This document shows positions 38,416 through 48,089 of a stretch of 64,000 nucleotides of DNA, one piece after another. Each line of letters begins with the position of its first letter. The stretch's first letter is position 1. The DNA is taken from contig CAWHBU010000003.1 of assembly GCA_963827685.1 (NCBI GenBank), forward strand, positions 640,001 to 704,000, written 5' to 3'. Both the position numbers and the translations under genes were made by a program. Below the pieces are notes generated by a model. It was given only the letters and a program-made list of their open reading frames with translations, had not been told where the DNA came from and did not search any database. The DNA comes from an uncultured delta proteobacterium (GTDB lineage: Bacteria; Desulfobacterota; BSN033; UBA1163).

Positions 38416-39333
38416 CTATTCGCTATACTCTATAACTAATTCCTTAACTATCTCTCTTATCCTGTCCTGATTTGTCTTTGATCCTACCCTGCTTGTCTCG
38501 GAGGCCAATATATCCTGGCATATCTGCATAAAGTGACCATTGGTATTTGCGGGCGTCATCTCTTGAATTTTGAGTGTCTTGGCAATCATAATGCAACCAC
38601 GAACGGTGGGAGGGAATTCACACTTGCCAGATTGTCTTAATCCTCTAACAATGTTAACGATCGTCTCAGCATTTTGCCTTGAAAGCCTGGACTTTGCCCG
38701 AGTGATGGCAACCTCTGTTTCATAGTCAAAGTATTCCAAATCCATTGTAATCATTCTGTCACGAAGCGCATCCTGGCTCCGATGTACGCCTGCATACTCT
38801 TCAGGGTTTGAAGTAAAGAGGGCTGTAAAATCTGGGTGAACCCTTAAATACGGTTCTTCGCCACCCCTGCCGACCGGTAAATCCATCATCTTCTCCTGCA
38901 AAATAGAAAGAAGTATATTATTGGCTTCTGGTCGCGAGCGGGTGAACTCATCATAGATTAAGGTAAATCCATATTTACAGGCTACTGTCAAGCGGTTATC
39001 CACCCATCTTTTTACCATATCCTCTTCTGTCTTCAGAACTCTCGAGATAAAGCGGTCCACCACCTTTCTGAATCTGTAGCCATATTCACCTCCCACCAAA
39101 TCAGAGGTTGTGAACTCTTCATCCCCGTGGATCATCACCACAGACCTTTTAAGTTTGCTGGCGACATGCATCGCCAATGTCGTTTTGCCGGTTCCAGAAG
39201 CCCCTCTAAAGTGAACAGGGAACCCGGCCTTGATATAGGAGAGAGCCCTGCTGGTAATATCTTTTATGTACTTTGTTTCCACAAAGTCTGACAAAGGACT
39301 GGGGTCAAGTACGGTCGTTATCTCATCAATCAT
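38416..39333 (-). CDS. gvpN: Gas vesicle AAA+ ATPase GvpN
   Basis: VHFRG.SGTGKTTLA; W.DNRLT.AC..G.TL.YDEFTRSRPEANN; FTSNPEEYAGVH..QDAL.DR. Confidence 0.96.
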   Translation of the reverse strand: MIDEITTVLDPSPLSDFVETKYIKDITSRALSYIKAGFPVHFRGASGTGKTTLAMHVASKLKRSVVMIHGDEEFTTSDLVGGEYGYRFRKVVDRFISRVLKTEEDMVKRWVDNRLTVACKYGFTLIYDEFTRSRPEANNILLSILQEKMMDLPVGRGGEEPYLRVHPDFTALFTSNPEEYAGVHRSQDALRDRMITMDLEYFDYETEVAITRAKSRLSRQNAETIVNIVRGLRQSGKCEFPPTVRGCIMIAKTLKIQEMTPANTNGHFMQICQDILASETSRVGSKTNQDRIREIVKELVIEYSE

Positions 39334-39352
39334 TTTGTCTCACCTCTGATTT

Positions 39353-39694
39353 CTATCTCGTCTTGGTCTTTTTGTTTCTCAGGGTCCCCTCCATCTTTTT
39401 CCAGATGTTGCTTGCTTCAGCCAAATCTGCCCTTACTTCCTTCTCCCTCTTCCTGAAGTCTTCCCTCAGGGCATTGACATGTCTAATCAATACTTCTCTG
39501 CCCTCCTTCAAATCTTTTTCTAACTCCTCTTTCATCTCCCCATGTAATTTCTTAGAATCGGCTAAAAACCTCCTCGCATGATCTCGAATGGTATCAGCCT
39601 CTCCTTTTAGATGTTGAATGGTGTTCTTTCTGGATTCGCGACCCGTTTTAATATCTTCGCAGAGTGACTTCATACCACCGGCTATATTATCCAT
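39353..39694 (-). CDS. Short GvpC-like helical protein (paralog 3)
   Basis: Shares A..MK.L.E.I....E.R N-terminus and AS.IW..M..TL C-terminus with 39867..40580. Confidence 0.65.
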   Translation of the reverse strand: MDNIAGGMKSLCEDIKTGRESRKNTIQHLKGEADTIRDHARRFLADSKKLHGEMKEELEKDLKEGREVLIRHVNALREDFRKREKEVRADLAEASNIWKKMEGTLRNKKTKTR

Positions 39695-39866
39695 CGGTCA
39701 GCCTCCCTTTATATTTCTCCTCGCCTCCACCCATACGATGAGGGAAATTCCCATTGGCCTCGTAGCTCCAGCGCCAGAATGGGAACCCCTTTCACTTCTT
39801 CCCTTAAGGGTGATAACAGCCTTTCCCCCACAAATAGATCAGATCACTCACGCTCTCTTCTTTCCT

Positions 39867-40580
39867 TTAACTTTTAACTTTCCCTCTTCCTTTTTTGCTT
39901 TTGCCTTTTTTCTCAACAGCCTCTTCCACTGTCGTTCCACTTTCTCTGGCTTCAACCTTCATCCCAACAGATCCACCTTTTCTTGCCTTGGCTAACGTAG
40001 AAGCCATACCTCCCCAAAGGTGAGAGGCGCTGTTGATATCCTTTCTGCAGCCAGCCATCTCATCCTGGAAGTGAGCTATTAGCCTCTTGACTTCACTTGT
40101 CATTCTACTGGTGAATTTGGCAAGGTCCTTCTTCTGTTGTTCGCTCATTTCAGCATGAGCCTCATCAAACTCTTTGAGTCTGTTCTCAATGTAGGTCTCA
40201 ATCTCTTTTACCTCTTTAGCAAGTCTGCTCTTGAGGTCCTTCGACATCTTGCCCCGGTCCTCTTGAAAACCACTCAACATGGAACCCACATTCTTCGTCA
40301 GATCCTTAATAAAATCCGTCAGATGTTTTGCCTGTTCCTCACTCATCTGTCGGTGATCCCCTCGGAACCCTTTGAGCATATCTTCGACACTTTTTGATAA
40401 ACCCCTTGAGAAACGGGCCAAGCTTTCCGCCTGCTCTCCTGCCATCTTCTTCCTATTGGAGGCAAACCCTTTTAAGGTTTTTCGGGTATCCACCACTAAA
40501 TCCCCCAGTGCCCTAACCCGCGCATCATAGGAAGCAATGATATTCTCAGTAATACCTTTCATGCTCTCAGCCATTTCCAT
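39867..40580 (-). CDS. gvpC: GvpC-like protein with four tandem 33-aa repeats (start moved to MEMAE)
   Basis: 33-residue period: TRKTLKGF..., VEDMLKGF..., VGSMLSGF..., IENRLKEF...; lies between gvpA and gvpN. Confidence 0.75.
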   Translation of the reverse strand: MEMAESMKGITENIIASYDARVRALGDLVVDTRKTLKGFASNRKKMAGEQAESLARFSRGLSKSVEDMLKGFRGDHRQMSEEQAKHLTDFIKDLTKNVGSMLSGFQEDRGKMSKDLKSRLAKEVKEIETYIENRLKEFDEAHAEMSEQQKKDLAKFTSRMTSEVKRLIAHFQDEMAGCRKDINSASHLWGGMASTLAKARKGGSVGMKVEARESGTTVEEAVEKKGKSKKGRGKVKS

Positions 40581-40635
40581 TTTATTCCCTCCTTTTCTTT
40601 CCAGGATGCTGAACCTCACTTCTTGTGAGGTCATC

Positions 40636-41361
40636 TTATCCTGCCGATGGTGTTGTTCCTCGATGACCCAGTTTAATTTGCATCGTCCGCCAATTTTGGG
40701 CCGTTTCTTTTCTTCCTTTTTTGAATTCACCGAGTATATGACGAACCTCTTTTCTTCTCCCCCCTTGAAGAGCTAACCTTTCCTTATATCGGGCATTAAA
40801 TTCCTTAAGCATTGATTTGAAATCCCTTATCCGAAGCTCCTTTCCTTTAGCTAAAAGTTCTTTAAGCCTTGATGTCAACACGATCTGTTCTTTTTTAAAC
40901 TCTTTTAGTCTAAGGGTGACCTCATTTTTTCTCTCCTCTTGCTTAAGAAGGATCTCTTTAATCATCTCTTGGAACTCTTTGACCCTCTGTGCCTCACCTT
41001 TGGCAAGAGAGTCTTTAAACTTCCCCAAGTTTTCCCTTAAATTCTTCGCTATTTCTTTCTGTTCATGGAGGTAACTATTTAACAGATCCCTTACTTCTCT
41101 TTTCCTATCATTTTGCGCTAAAAGAATACCTTCCATCAAATTGTCAAAATCCTTCCGCCGTAGAGATTTGTTTTTCGCAAGATTCTCCCGTAATTCTCCA
41201 TTCAGTTTTTCTCTTTCTTCTCTTGTGTCAAGGAGGGAATCATGAAAACCTTGGAGGACTTGATGGGTGGTATCAAAGAAGGTTCCGATGCTCTCGATTC
41301 TGGTTTCGTAAGAGGAAACTATCTGGTCGACCACGTTTTTCATATCTTTTGCTAAGGGCAT
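40636..41361 (-). CDS. GvpC-like helical protein (paralog 1; start moved to MPLAK)
   Basis: LAKDMKNVVDQIVSSYETRI N-terminus; internal duplication LAK.K.LR..DF..; W..M near the C-terminus. Confidence 0.65.
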   Translation of the reverse strand: MPLAKDMKNVVDQIVSSYETRIESIGTFFDTTHQVLQGFHDSLLDTREEREKLNGELRENLAKNKSLRRKDFDNLMEGILLAQNDRKREVRDLLNSYLHEQKEIAKNLRENLGKFKDSLAKGEAQRVKEFQEMIKEILLKQEERKNEVTLRLKEFKKEQIVLTSRLKELLAKGKELRIRDFKSMLKEFNARYKERLALQGGRRKEVRHILGEFKKGRKETAQNWRTMQIKLGHRGTTPSAG

Positions 41362-41469
41362 CTGTTTCGTTTCTTCCTTTCTGTTCAACAAGGAGGAATT
41401 TCTTGGCGAGACATGCTTTTCCCCTTCCTTTGGCGGGGTGAGGATGGCTCGGCAAGAACTCCTTTTGAT

Positions 41470-41519
41470 CCCGCACCTTCTTACCTTCATCCTGAACTAA
41501 CATGGATGAAGGTGCGGGG
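41470..41519 (-). terminator. Strong stem-loop just downstream of gvpA (mRNA stabiliser or partial terminator)
   Basis: CCCGCACCTTC...GAAGGTGCGGG inverted repeat with inner CTTCATCC/GGATGAAG. Confidence 0.6.
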
Positions 41520-41531
41520 TTGACCTTCTCC

Positions 41532-41738
41532 TTAGGCTGCTGTGGCTGTTAAACCAATGGCCTCAGCATACTTCAGGTAGGTCTCGACTGATGCCGCCAC
41601 GACTCTGGCCTCGATAGCGAGTATTTCAATACCCACCAAAGAGACTCTTACCCAGGCATCAACCACGACCCCCTTGTCCAGGATTCGGTCAATCACCTCG
41701 ACCAAACTGGAAGATCCAATCGCTTTTTCCATAGCCAT
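41532..41738 (-). CDS. gvpA: Major gas vesicle structural protein
   Basis: [55 protein letters not shown]. Confidence 0.98.
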   Translation of the reverse strand: MAMEKAIGSSSLVEVIDRILDKGVVVDAWVRVSLVGIEILAIEARVVAASVETYLKYAEAIGLTATAA

Positions 41739-41822
41739 ATCTGTTCACCTCCCTTCTTTCTGGATTTTTTGCAGCGCAAGGATAGCGCTCCAAATGGGGT
41801 TGAAAAGACATTCTATAACAAA

Positions 41823-41837
41823 GCAAAAGCTGTGCCA
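41823..41837 (-). promoter_or_regulatory. sigma54 -24/-12 promoter of gvpA
   Basis: TGGCAC-AGCTT-TTGC, 85 nt upstream of ATG. Confidence 0.85.
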
Positions 41838-41922
41838 TAAAGAAGAGAAGGACTTTTTACTCACGGTAAGGTCAAAGTTAGACTGATATTTCGGAATTCA
41901 TTTTGAAAATAATCTTGATCCG

Positions 41923-42000
41923 AAAATCCCCCTGAGTCCCCCTTTTCCAAAGGGGGAAAATTCAGAATCTCCCTTTGTAAAGGGAGATTTAGAGGGATTT
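41923..42000. repeat. AAATCCC..GGGATTT palindromic element with two internal hairpins
   Basis: CCCCCTTT..AAAGGGGG and ATCTCCCTTT..AAAGGGAGAT. Confidence 0.7.
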
Positions 42001-42127
42001 TTCTAACCGATGCTTAAGGGGATTTTAACGGAGCCATGCTCTTTGCTTTCTGAAAGGGGCGATTTCATATTATGTTATAATCTCGAACTTAGAGAAGGTG
42101 AGGAGCAATCTTAATTTTGAAAGATTC

Positions 42128-42180
42128 TATGGTGAAGTTTCCATAATCTATGGAATATTTTCCATGGAATCAGTTCCATA
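42128..42180. promoter_or_regulatory. Three 18-bp dyads YATGG-N8-CCATR, candidate enhancer for the gvpA promoter
   Basis: TATGGTGAAGTTTCCATA, TATGGAATATTTTCCATG, CATGGAATCAGTTCCATA. Confidence 0.5.
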
Positions 42181-43557
42181 TTTTATCTGGTATTCTTTGA
42201 TTTTCGTTAGGAGAGTCTTGTAGTCAATTTTGAGCATCCTGGAGGCCTTGCTCTTATTCCCAGAACTCCTTAAAAGGGCGCTCTCGATCTCTCTTTTTTC
42301 TACGAAATACACTGCCCTCTTGGTTATTTCTTTCAAGGGCATCCTCTCTGTTGTCTCTTCAGGTACAACAAATTGAGAAGTAGCAGATGGGCCATTGTCA
42401 AAGATGAGGTGAGAAGGCTCAACCAGGTTTTCTGCAAGCAGAACGGCCCGTCTGATAACGTTTTTTAGCTCCCTGACATTGCCCGGCCAGAAATGATTGA
42501 CGAGCATTGCCAATGATTCTTTTGATAGGCCTTTGATGTCCTTCTGGAGATCCATGTTTCCTTCTTTAATGAATTCCGCCACTAAAAATGGGATGTCTTC
42601 TTTCCTTTTCCTTAAAGGGGGAAGTTCGATTTTGAATTCATTCAATCGGTAGTAGAGGTCAGGCCGGAATGCTTTTCCCTCCACCAACTGTAACAAGGGG
42701 ACGTTGCTGGCAATGATGATCCTAACGTCGATAGGAAAAGCGTGTTTACCTCCCAGTTTTTGGATCTTTCGCTCCTGGATCATTCGAAGAAGTTTGTTTT
42801 GAACGTGGTAAGGAAGATTACCGATCTCGTCTAAGAAGATCGTCCCTTTGTTGGCAAGTTCGAATTGCCCTTTCTTCTCTTTATCGGCTCCGGTGAAGGC
42901 TCCTTTTTCATACCCGAAGAGTTCACTCTCGATCAACGTATCAGGAATGGCACCACAATCCACCGCTATAAATGGGCCATTCCTCCTTAAACTTGCCCTG
43001 TGGACAGCATTGGCAACGATCTCCTTTCCCGTTCCGCTTTCGCCTTCGATTAAGACTGTGAAATTGGTTGAGGCTACTTTGTTAATCCTCTCGGATACCT
43101 TTCTGATCTCCTGGCTCGTGCCCATGATCAGCTCCAAATCGAGCTCTTTTCCTAATTCGGTCTTCAGTTGGAGGACTTCTTGTGATAATTTCTGATTCTC
43201 AAGGGCTCTCCTAAACGTGAGACGCAAACGTTCGTTTTCAAAAGGTTTAGTGAGATAATCGTAGGCACCCAATTTGATCGCCTCAACAGCAGATCCGATA
43301 TTTCCATAAGCAGTCAATATGACGACTTGAATTTCTGGTTGGGTCTCTTTGATCTTTCTTAGCAAATCCATTCCGTCCATCTCCTCTGGAATCCTGAGGT
43401 CTAATGAGACCAAATCCGGGGGCGAATTCTTTTTAAAAAAAACCATTGCCTCCTTACAATTTCCAGCTTCATATAGGGTGTGGCCATCCTTCTTTAGAAT
43501 ATCGGTTAAGAGCCACCTCATATCTTTCTCATCATCCACAATAAGAATGTTGCTCAT
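42148..43557 (-). CDS. NtrC-family sigma54 activator (REC-AAA-HTH), GvrA-like
   Basis: GESGTGKE, ELFGYEKGAFTGA, FLDEIG, WPGNVREL, Fis HTH. Confidence 0.95.
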   Translation of the reverse strand: MSNILIVDDEKDMRWLLTDILKKDGHTLYEAGNCKEAMVFFKKNSPPDLVSLDLRIPEEMDGMDLLRKIKETQPEIQVVILTAYGNIGSAVEAIKLGAYDYLTKPFENERLRLTFRRALENQKLSQEVLQLKTELGKELDLELIMGTSQEIRKVSERINKVASTNFTVLIEGESGTGKEIVANAVHRASLRRNGPFIAVDCGAIPDTLIESELFGYEKGAFTGADKEKKGQFELANKGTIFLDEIGNLPYHVQNKLLRMIQERKIQKLGGKHAFPIDVRIIIASNVPLLQLVEGKAFRPDLYYRLNEFKIELPPLRKRKEDIPFLVAEFIKEGNMDLQKDIKGLSKESLAMLVNHFWPGNVRELKNVIRRAVLLAENLVEPSHLIFDNGPSATSQFVVPEETTERMPLKEITKRAVYFVEKREIESALLRSSGNKSKASRMLKIDYKTLLTKIKEYQIKYGTDSMENIP

Positions 43558-43573
43558 ACTATCTCCCACGGTC

Positions 43574-45148
43574 TTAAGAAATTGAATTGGTTGATCGGAC
43601 GGGGAGAGTGATCGTCATTGTTGTTCCTTTTCCTTCCTCGCTTTCAGGAAGAATCTGACCATGGTGGTCAGTGACGATGCGGTGGACAATATAGAGCCCC
43701 AAACCCGTTCCTTTTTGTTTGGTGGTAAAATAGGGGTTGAAAATATTTGTCATGTGTTCTTTAGGGATCCCTTTCCCTGTATCTCTTATGATGATTTCGA
43801 CCGTTTGGTCTTTGGAGCTATAATTTGTGATAATTGAGATAACACCGCCATTGCACATCGCCTGCCTTGAATTCATCAGGAGATTGAAGAAAGCGTGTTT
43901 CAACGATTCTTTATCGCAGAGAATTTCAGGAAGGTACCTGTCAAATCGTCTTAAAACTCTTATTTTGCTCTTCGAAAAATCAACCTTTAATAATCTATAA
44001 ATTTCGATTAGTATTTTATTAATATCATCCTTTCCGAATTCAAGTTGCCTGGGTTTGGCAAAGGCGAGTAGATCAGAAATGATCTTGTTCGCATTCTGAA
44101 CGTTTCGATAGATGATTCTAAAATATCTTTTCAGCCCATCCGCCTCGCCTCCTCTTTCAATGCAGCACTGTGTTGCAGACCCAATGACCGCAAGGGGGTT
44201 TCTGATCTGGTGAGCCAGGTTTGCAACAAGCTGACCTATGGCGGTCATCTTCTCGGATTGAATAATTTGCTCTTGCATCTTCTTTTCGCTCGTAATGTCA
44301 GAGGAGAGAAAGATGAAATTGATAGGCCTGTCTTTCTCATCAATAAAAGAGAAAAGGGTGATGGATAAAATTCTGTTTTTCACCGGCCTCTGGTCAACTA
44401 ATTTGCTTTCACAGCGTTTCTCAGTTAGAAAATCTCTTGCCATTTCTTCCCAGGGTTTTAATTCCTTGGGCAGATCGTCCTTAAAAAGGTTTTTCCCCCA
44501 TAGCGAACCTTTTGAGACCCCAGATAACATTTCCTGAGCTTCATTACATGCAAGGATGCGGCCTTCTTTATCGATTATCATGGCTCCAAAAGGAAGACTC
44601 TGAATGATCTTTTCAAACAGTTTTCTTGAAAGAATTCGAGATTTCATCAGGCGAAGTATTGTCTGCTCACTTTTGACAAGTTTGCGCTCAAGAAAGTCCT
44701 TTTGCTCTTCCCGCAACATATTCTTAAATCGAATGTCAGCGACGAAATCCCGTTTTTCGAACTCCCGACTTTGCTTTTCTAAAGCCCTTTTAATGACCCC
44801 ATGTAGCATGTTTTGTTCAATGGGTTTTACCAAATGATCAAAAGCTCCTGATCTAAAGGATTGAATTGCCTTCTCAATATCTTCATGACCAGAGACGGTC
44901 ACCACCTCTGTATGTGGAGAGAAATTTTTGATTTTTGAAAGAAGGGGCAGGCCGTCTATTTTGCGAAGAGACAAATTAAGAACGATCAGATTAAAGAATT
45001 CTGATTTCCACAAAAACAGGCCCTCTTGGTCAGAACCTGAAGTGAGTACTTGATAGCCGTCGGCCTTCAAGAAGCGCTCAATAACTTTGGGGATGGTCGA
45101 TTCATCGTCTATGATTAAGATCTTCGGAGGTTTATCCTTCACTGTCAT
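43574..45148 (-). CDS. REC-PAS-histidine kinase with a degenerate receiver, GvrB-like
   Basis: LAHQIRNPL, GTGLGL; Asn at the phospho-Asp position (LIVLN). Confidence 0.9.
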   Translation of the reverse strand: MTVKDKPPKILIIDDESTIPKVIERFLKADGYQVLTSGSDQEGLFLWKSEFFNLIVLNLSLRKIDGLPLLSKIKNFSPHTEVVTVSGHEDIEKAIQSFRSGAFDHLVKPIEQNMLHGVIKRALEKQSREFEKRDFVADIRFKNMLREEQKDFLERKLVKSEQTILRLMKSRILSRKLFEKIIQSLPFGAMIIDKEGRILACNEAQEMLSGVSKGSLWGKNLFKDDLPKELKPWEEMARDFLTEKRCESKLVDQRPVKNRILSITLFSFIDEKDRPINFIFLSSDITSEKKMQEQIIQSEKMTAIGQLVANLAHQIRNPLAVIGSATQCCIERGGEADGLKRYFRIIYRNVQNANKIISDLLAFAKPRQLEFGKDDINKILIEIYRLLKVDFSKSKIRVLRRFDRYLPEILCDKESLKHAFFNLLMNSRQAMCNGGVISIITNYSSKDQTVEIIIRDTGKGIPKEHMTNIFNPYFTTKQKGTGLGLYIVHRIVTDHHGQILPESEEGKGTTMTITLPVRSTNSIS

Positions 45149-45557
45149 TGTATTCCTTAAAAATTTCTAGGCAGTTCTTCGATTCGGAGTCTCCTCCGGA
45201 CATCATTTGAATCCCTGAGATGATTTCAACAATGTCAAAGGGCTTTGTAATATAATAGGCTGCGCCTAATTCGTATCCTTTTAACATGTCAGAATCTTCA
45301 TCCTTGACAGTGAGAATAATTACAGGGATATCCTTTGTTTTCGGATTCTCCCTAACCTTTCTTAAGAACTGCCACCCATTCATATTAGGCATCATGATAT
45401 CACAAATGATTAAATTGAAATCTTCTTGGCCTAATCGCTCCAACGCCTGTATACCATCGATCGCCTCTTTCACTTCGTATCCCCATTTGGGCAGCTGAAT
45501 ACTTATGAACCTCCGGATAATGTCTTCGTCATCCACGACCAATATCTTTTTGCTCAT
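45132..45557 (-). CDS. Stand-alone receiver protein, GvrC-like
   Basis: ILVVDDE, IICDIMMP, YITKPF. Confidence 0.9.
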   Translation of the reverse strand: MSKKILVVDDEDIIRRFISIQLPKWGYEVKEAIDGIQALERLGQEDFNLIICDIMMPNMNGWQFLRKVRENPKTKDIPVIILTVKDEDSDMLKGYELGAAYYITKPFDIVEIISGIQMMSGGDSESKNCLEIFKEYNDSEG

Positions 45558-46277
45558 CGTTTCTTCCCCCGTTGTGCAAACCTTCGCTCTTTGGTTTCAA
45601 ACCCTCTTTCATTTGAAAAGCTGAATTCCCCAATCGTCAAGCCCATTCTGCAAGAAACAGACCAAAATAGTGGCTCAAGAAATTCAAACCAAAGAGACAC
45701 GAATTCTCAAATCCAAAATAAATTAAATTTGGTAAGACATTTCAGGGTGTTAATACTTTTTAATGATTCATACTAATTTTTACTGAAATGATATCCATGT
45801 TTATCATTTTGTATCTAATTTTACTTATTTTATCCGGATTTGATCATTTTAACCCTTCTTTGCACGTTTTTGTCAGTATGTCATCCCGTCTTTTTCCACT
45901 TCTTTGGGCCCAATAAGTTGTTTTTCTTCACCTCTTTACATATGTCTTTTCAAGTTATGGGTGCGATCTGGGCCAGATGGAAAGCTAAATCAAGATGGTT
46001 AGAAACAATCTCATAGGTAGGAACCTTCCCAGATAACCAAGGCAAACCGGCTACTCCCAAGCAACCCAACAAAGCACTTACGGATATTACGAGGGAATTC
46101 CCAAGCCCATTCTAGACCTGACTGAGTCAGCGAAATCTTTTAAAGAAAGGACGGTAAATTAAAACCGCGAGAAGAAATTTGGAGAATTAAGCTGGCATGA
46201 GGGTATTGTCAGCCTTAAAAAGGATGCAGATATGGAAAGAAGGCTTAAAAAGAGGCAGGCTTTAGGGCACCAAGCTT

Positions 46278-46493
46278 TCACCTTTTTTTAGTCCCAATCA
46301 AAAACCTGTGCAATTCCGACCGTAGGACTCTCCAACTATGGCCAATTTTGACAGCATTAATCTTTCCGAGACGTATACACTTTAAGTAAGTAGGTTTTGA
46401 AATCTTTAAATATTTGGCTGCTTCATTGGTGGTTAAAACCTCATCATTTTCCATTGGAACCATTAATTGCGGACTTTTTATTCTTTTTTTCAT
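46278..46493 (-). CDS. Excisionase-like HTH DNA-binding protein
   Basis: VLT..EAA.YL.IS..T....I..GKI.A.K.G..WR. Confidence 0.85.
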   Translation of the reverse strand: MKKRIKSPQLMVPMENDEVLTTNEAAKYLKISKPTYLKCIRLGKINAVKIGHSWRVLRSELHRFLIGTKKR

Positions 46494-46511
46494 AATTATG
46501 ATAACTTATAA

Positions 46512-46526
46512 GCAAAACGCATGCCA
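46512..46526 (-). promoter_or_regulatory. sigma54 -24/-12 promoter before the HTH gene
   Basis: TGGCAT-GCGTT-TTGC. Confidence 0.6.
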
Positions 46527-46559
46527 ATGTCAAGGAAAAAAGTGGGGTGTGGGGTGTAT

Positions 46560-47492
46560 TTAGTGCATAGTCTGACAAGCTTGCCTTAGGTTTAGGGGGA
46601 TCGGCTGCTTAAAATAGACCTCATAAGAGGTTCGGTTTCCCAAGGAGGTATGCAACCTTTCCCTGTTATAAAACAGAAAATAGCTCGTTAGGCCATTACG
46701 GGCTTCCGAAACCATCGTATAATCACGAAGGTAAACTTCTTCATACTTGACCGTTCGCCAGAGCCGTTCTATGAAGATGTTATCGTAAACCCGGGCGCGG
46801 CCCCGTCCATACTGATCCTGATCCGTGCATCTTGAAGGGGCTGGGTGAATTCCAAACTGGTGAATTGAGCCCTCTGATCCGTATTGAAGATCTCCGGTTT
46901 GGAGACCCCTAGAGCTTTTCCCAGTGCCTGGACACAGAAGGCCGTTTCCAGCGTTGTAGAGGTTTCCCAGGCCAGAACATAACGACTGAACCAGTCCATG
47001 ATCGCTACCAAGGAGATGAACCCATAGAGCATCCGGATGTACGTGATATCGGCACACCAGACTTGATCGGGACGGTCAATCACCAGATCCCTCAGTAAGT
47101 AAGGATACCGTTTATGCTCCTAAGAAGATTGGCTCAACCGAGGTTTGGGATAAATGGCCTCCAGCTCCACCTTCAACTGGCCAATCTGCTGATAAAGCTC
47201 CGACAGAAGCTCTTCCCGGTCCTTATCCTCCTTCCTCCGACGATCCGAAAAGAGACGGGGAAGTTCTTCAAGAAGCTGCTTTCGCTACTGACGGATCTGA
47301 TTCCCATGGACACCAAATTCACTGGAAAGCTGGGCGATGATCTTTTCCCCTTTCACGGCTTCCAGGGCTACCTTGGCCTTGAAGGCTGCCTCATGTCCTC
47401 TCCGCATGCTATGCATCGTGCCATACCTCCTTTTCGGTTATGGCAGGCTAACATGCACCTTACTCCCCTGCCCAGTTTTTGGGGAGTATTAT
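46560..47492 (-). pseudogene. Degenerate IS3-family element (orfA/orfB with stops, internal deletion and frameshift)
   Basis: FKAKVALEA...IRQ*RKQL..IGQLKVEL joined to EAIYPKP..*..YPYLLR..VWCADITY; IERLWRTVKYE in another frame. Confidence 0.9.
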
Positions 47493-47727
47493 ACTTTCCC
47501 AGTAGATATCAAGCTTTCCCTACATAAAGTGTCAAGCTTCCCCGACAGACAAAATCTGAGTTTTCTGGAACTTTAAAAGGGGGTAGAGAAAGGGTTAGGG
47601 AAAGATTTTTTATGAAATGATAACTTTTTATAGTGGGAAGAGGGCCTAAAAAGACCAACGGCTGTGAAGAGAATTGTCAAATATTTTTATTTATTTTCTT
47701 ATTTGAATAGTATGTAGATAATCTGTA

Positions 47728-47904
47728 ATGAAAAAGCACGAAGTTCTGACTATAGATGAGGCAACCGCATACTTGAAGACTTCAAAACCTACCTTCCTGA
47801 AGTGCATCCATCAAGGGAAAATAAAGGCCATCAAAGTAGGAGATGGTTGGGGGGTTCGAGAATCAGAATTATACCGATTCTTAAAAGGAAAGAAACATAA
47901 ATAG
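47728..47904 (+). CDS. Excisionase-like HTH protein, 58 aa, paralog of 46278..46493 (below the ORF-track size cutoff)
   Basis: MKKHEVLTIDEATAYLKTSKPTFLKCIHQGKIKAIKVGDGWGVRESELYRFLKGKKHK. Confidence 0.75.
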   Translation: MKKHEVLTIDEATAYLKTSKPTFLKCIHQGKIKAIKVGDGWGVRESELYRFLKGKKHK

Positions 47905-48089
47905 GCAGAGGGGAGATTTATTGACAAATGAATTTAAGCTACAAGCTTTTAAGACCCGTATGATCTAAAGATACCAAGGTAATCTCACGCTTACCTTGTG
48001 CCCCTCGTTTGACATGGCAGAGCACCTTTGATCACAGAATAATATCCATGTATCGTTTTTTCTTCAGCCTCCGTTTCTGCTTAATTTTA

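Noticed and set aside
46038-46115. c-di-GMP-I riboswitch suggested by GGCAAACC
   Set aside because: The following GNRA-capped stem and GCAAAGC elements are missing. Only two small CTTGGGA-containing hairpins on the minus strand remain, too weak to call.
30787-47904. Prophage suggested by SLT and excisionase-like genes
   Set aside because: No integrase, terminase, capsid or tail genes are present.
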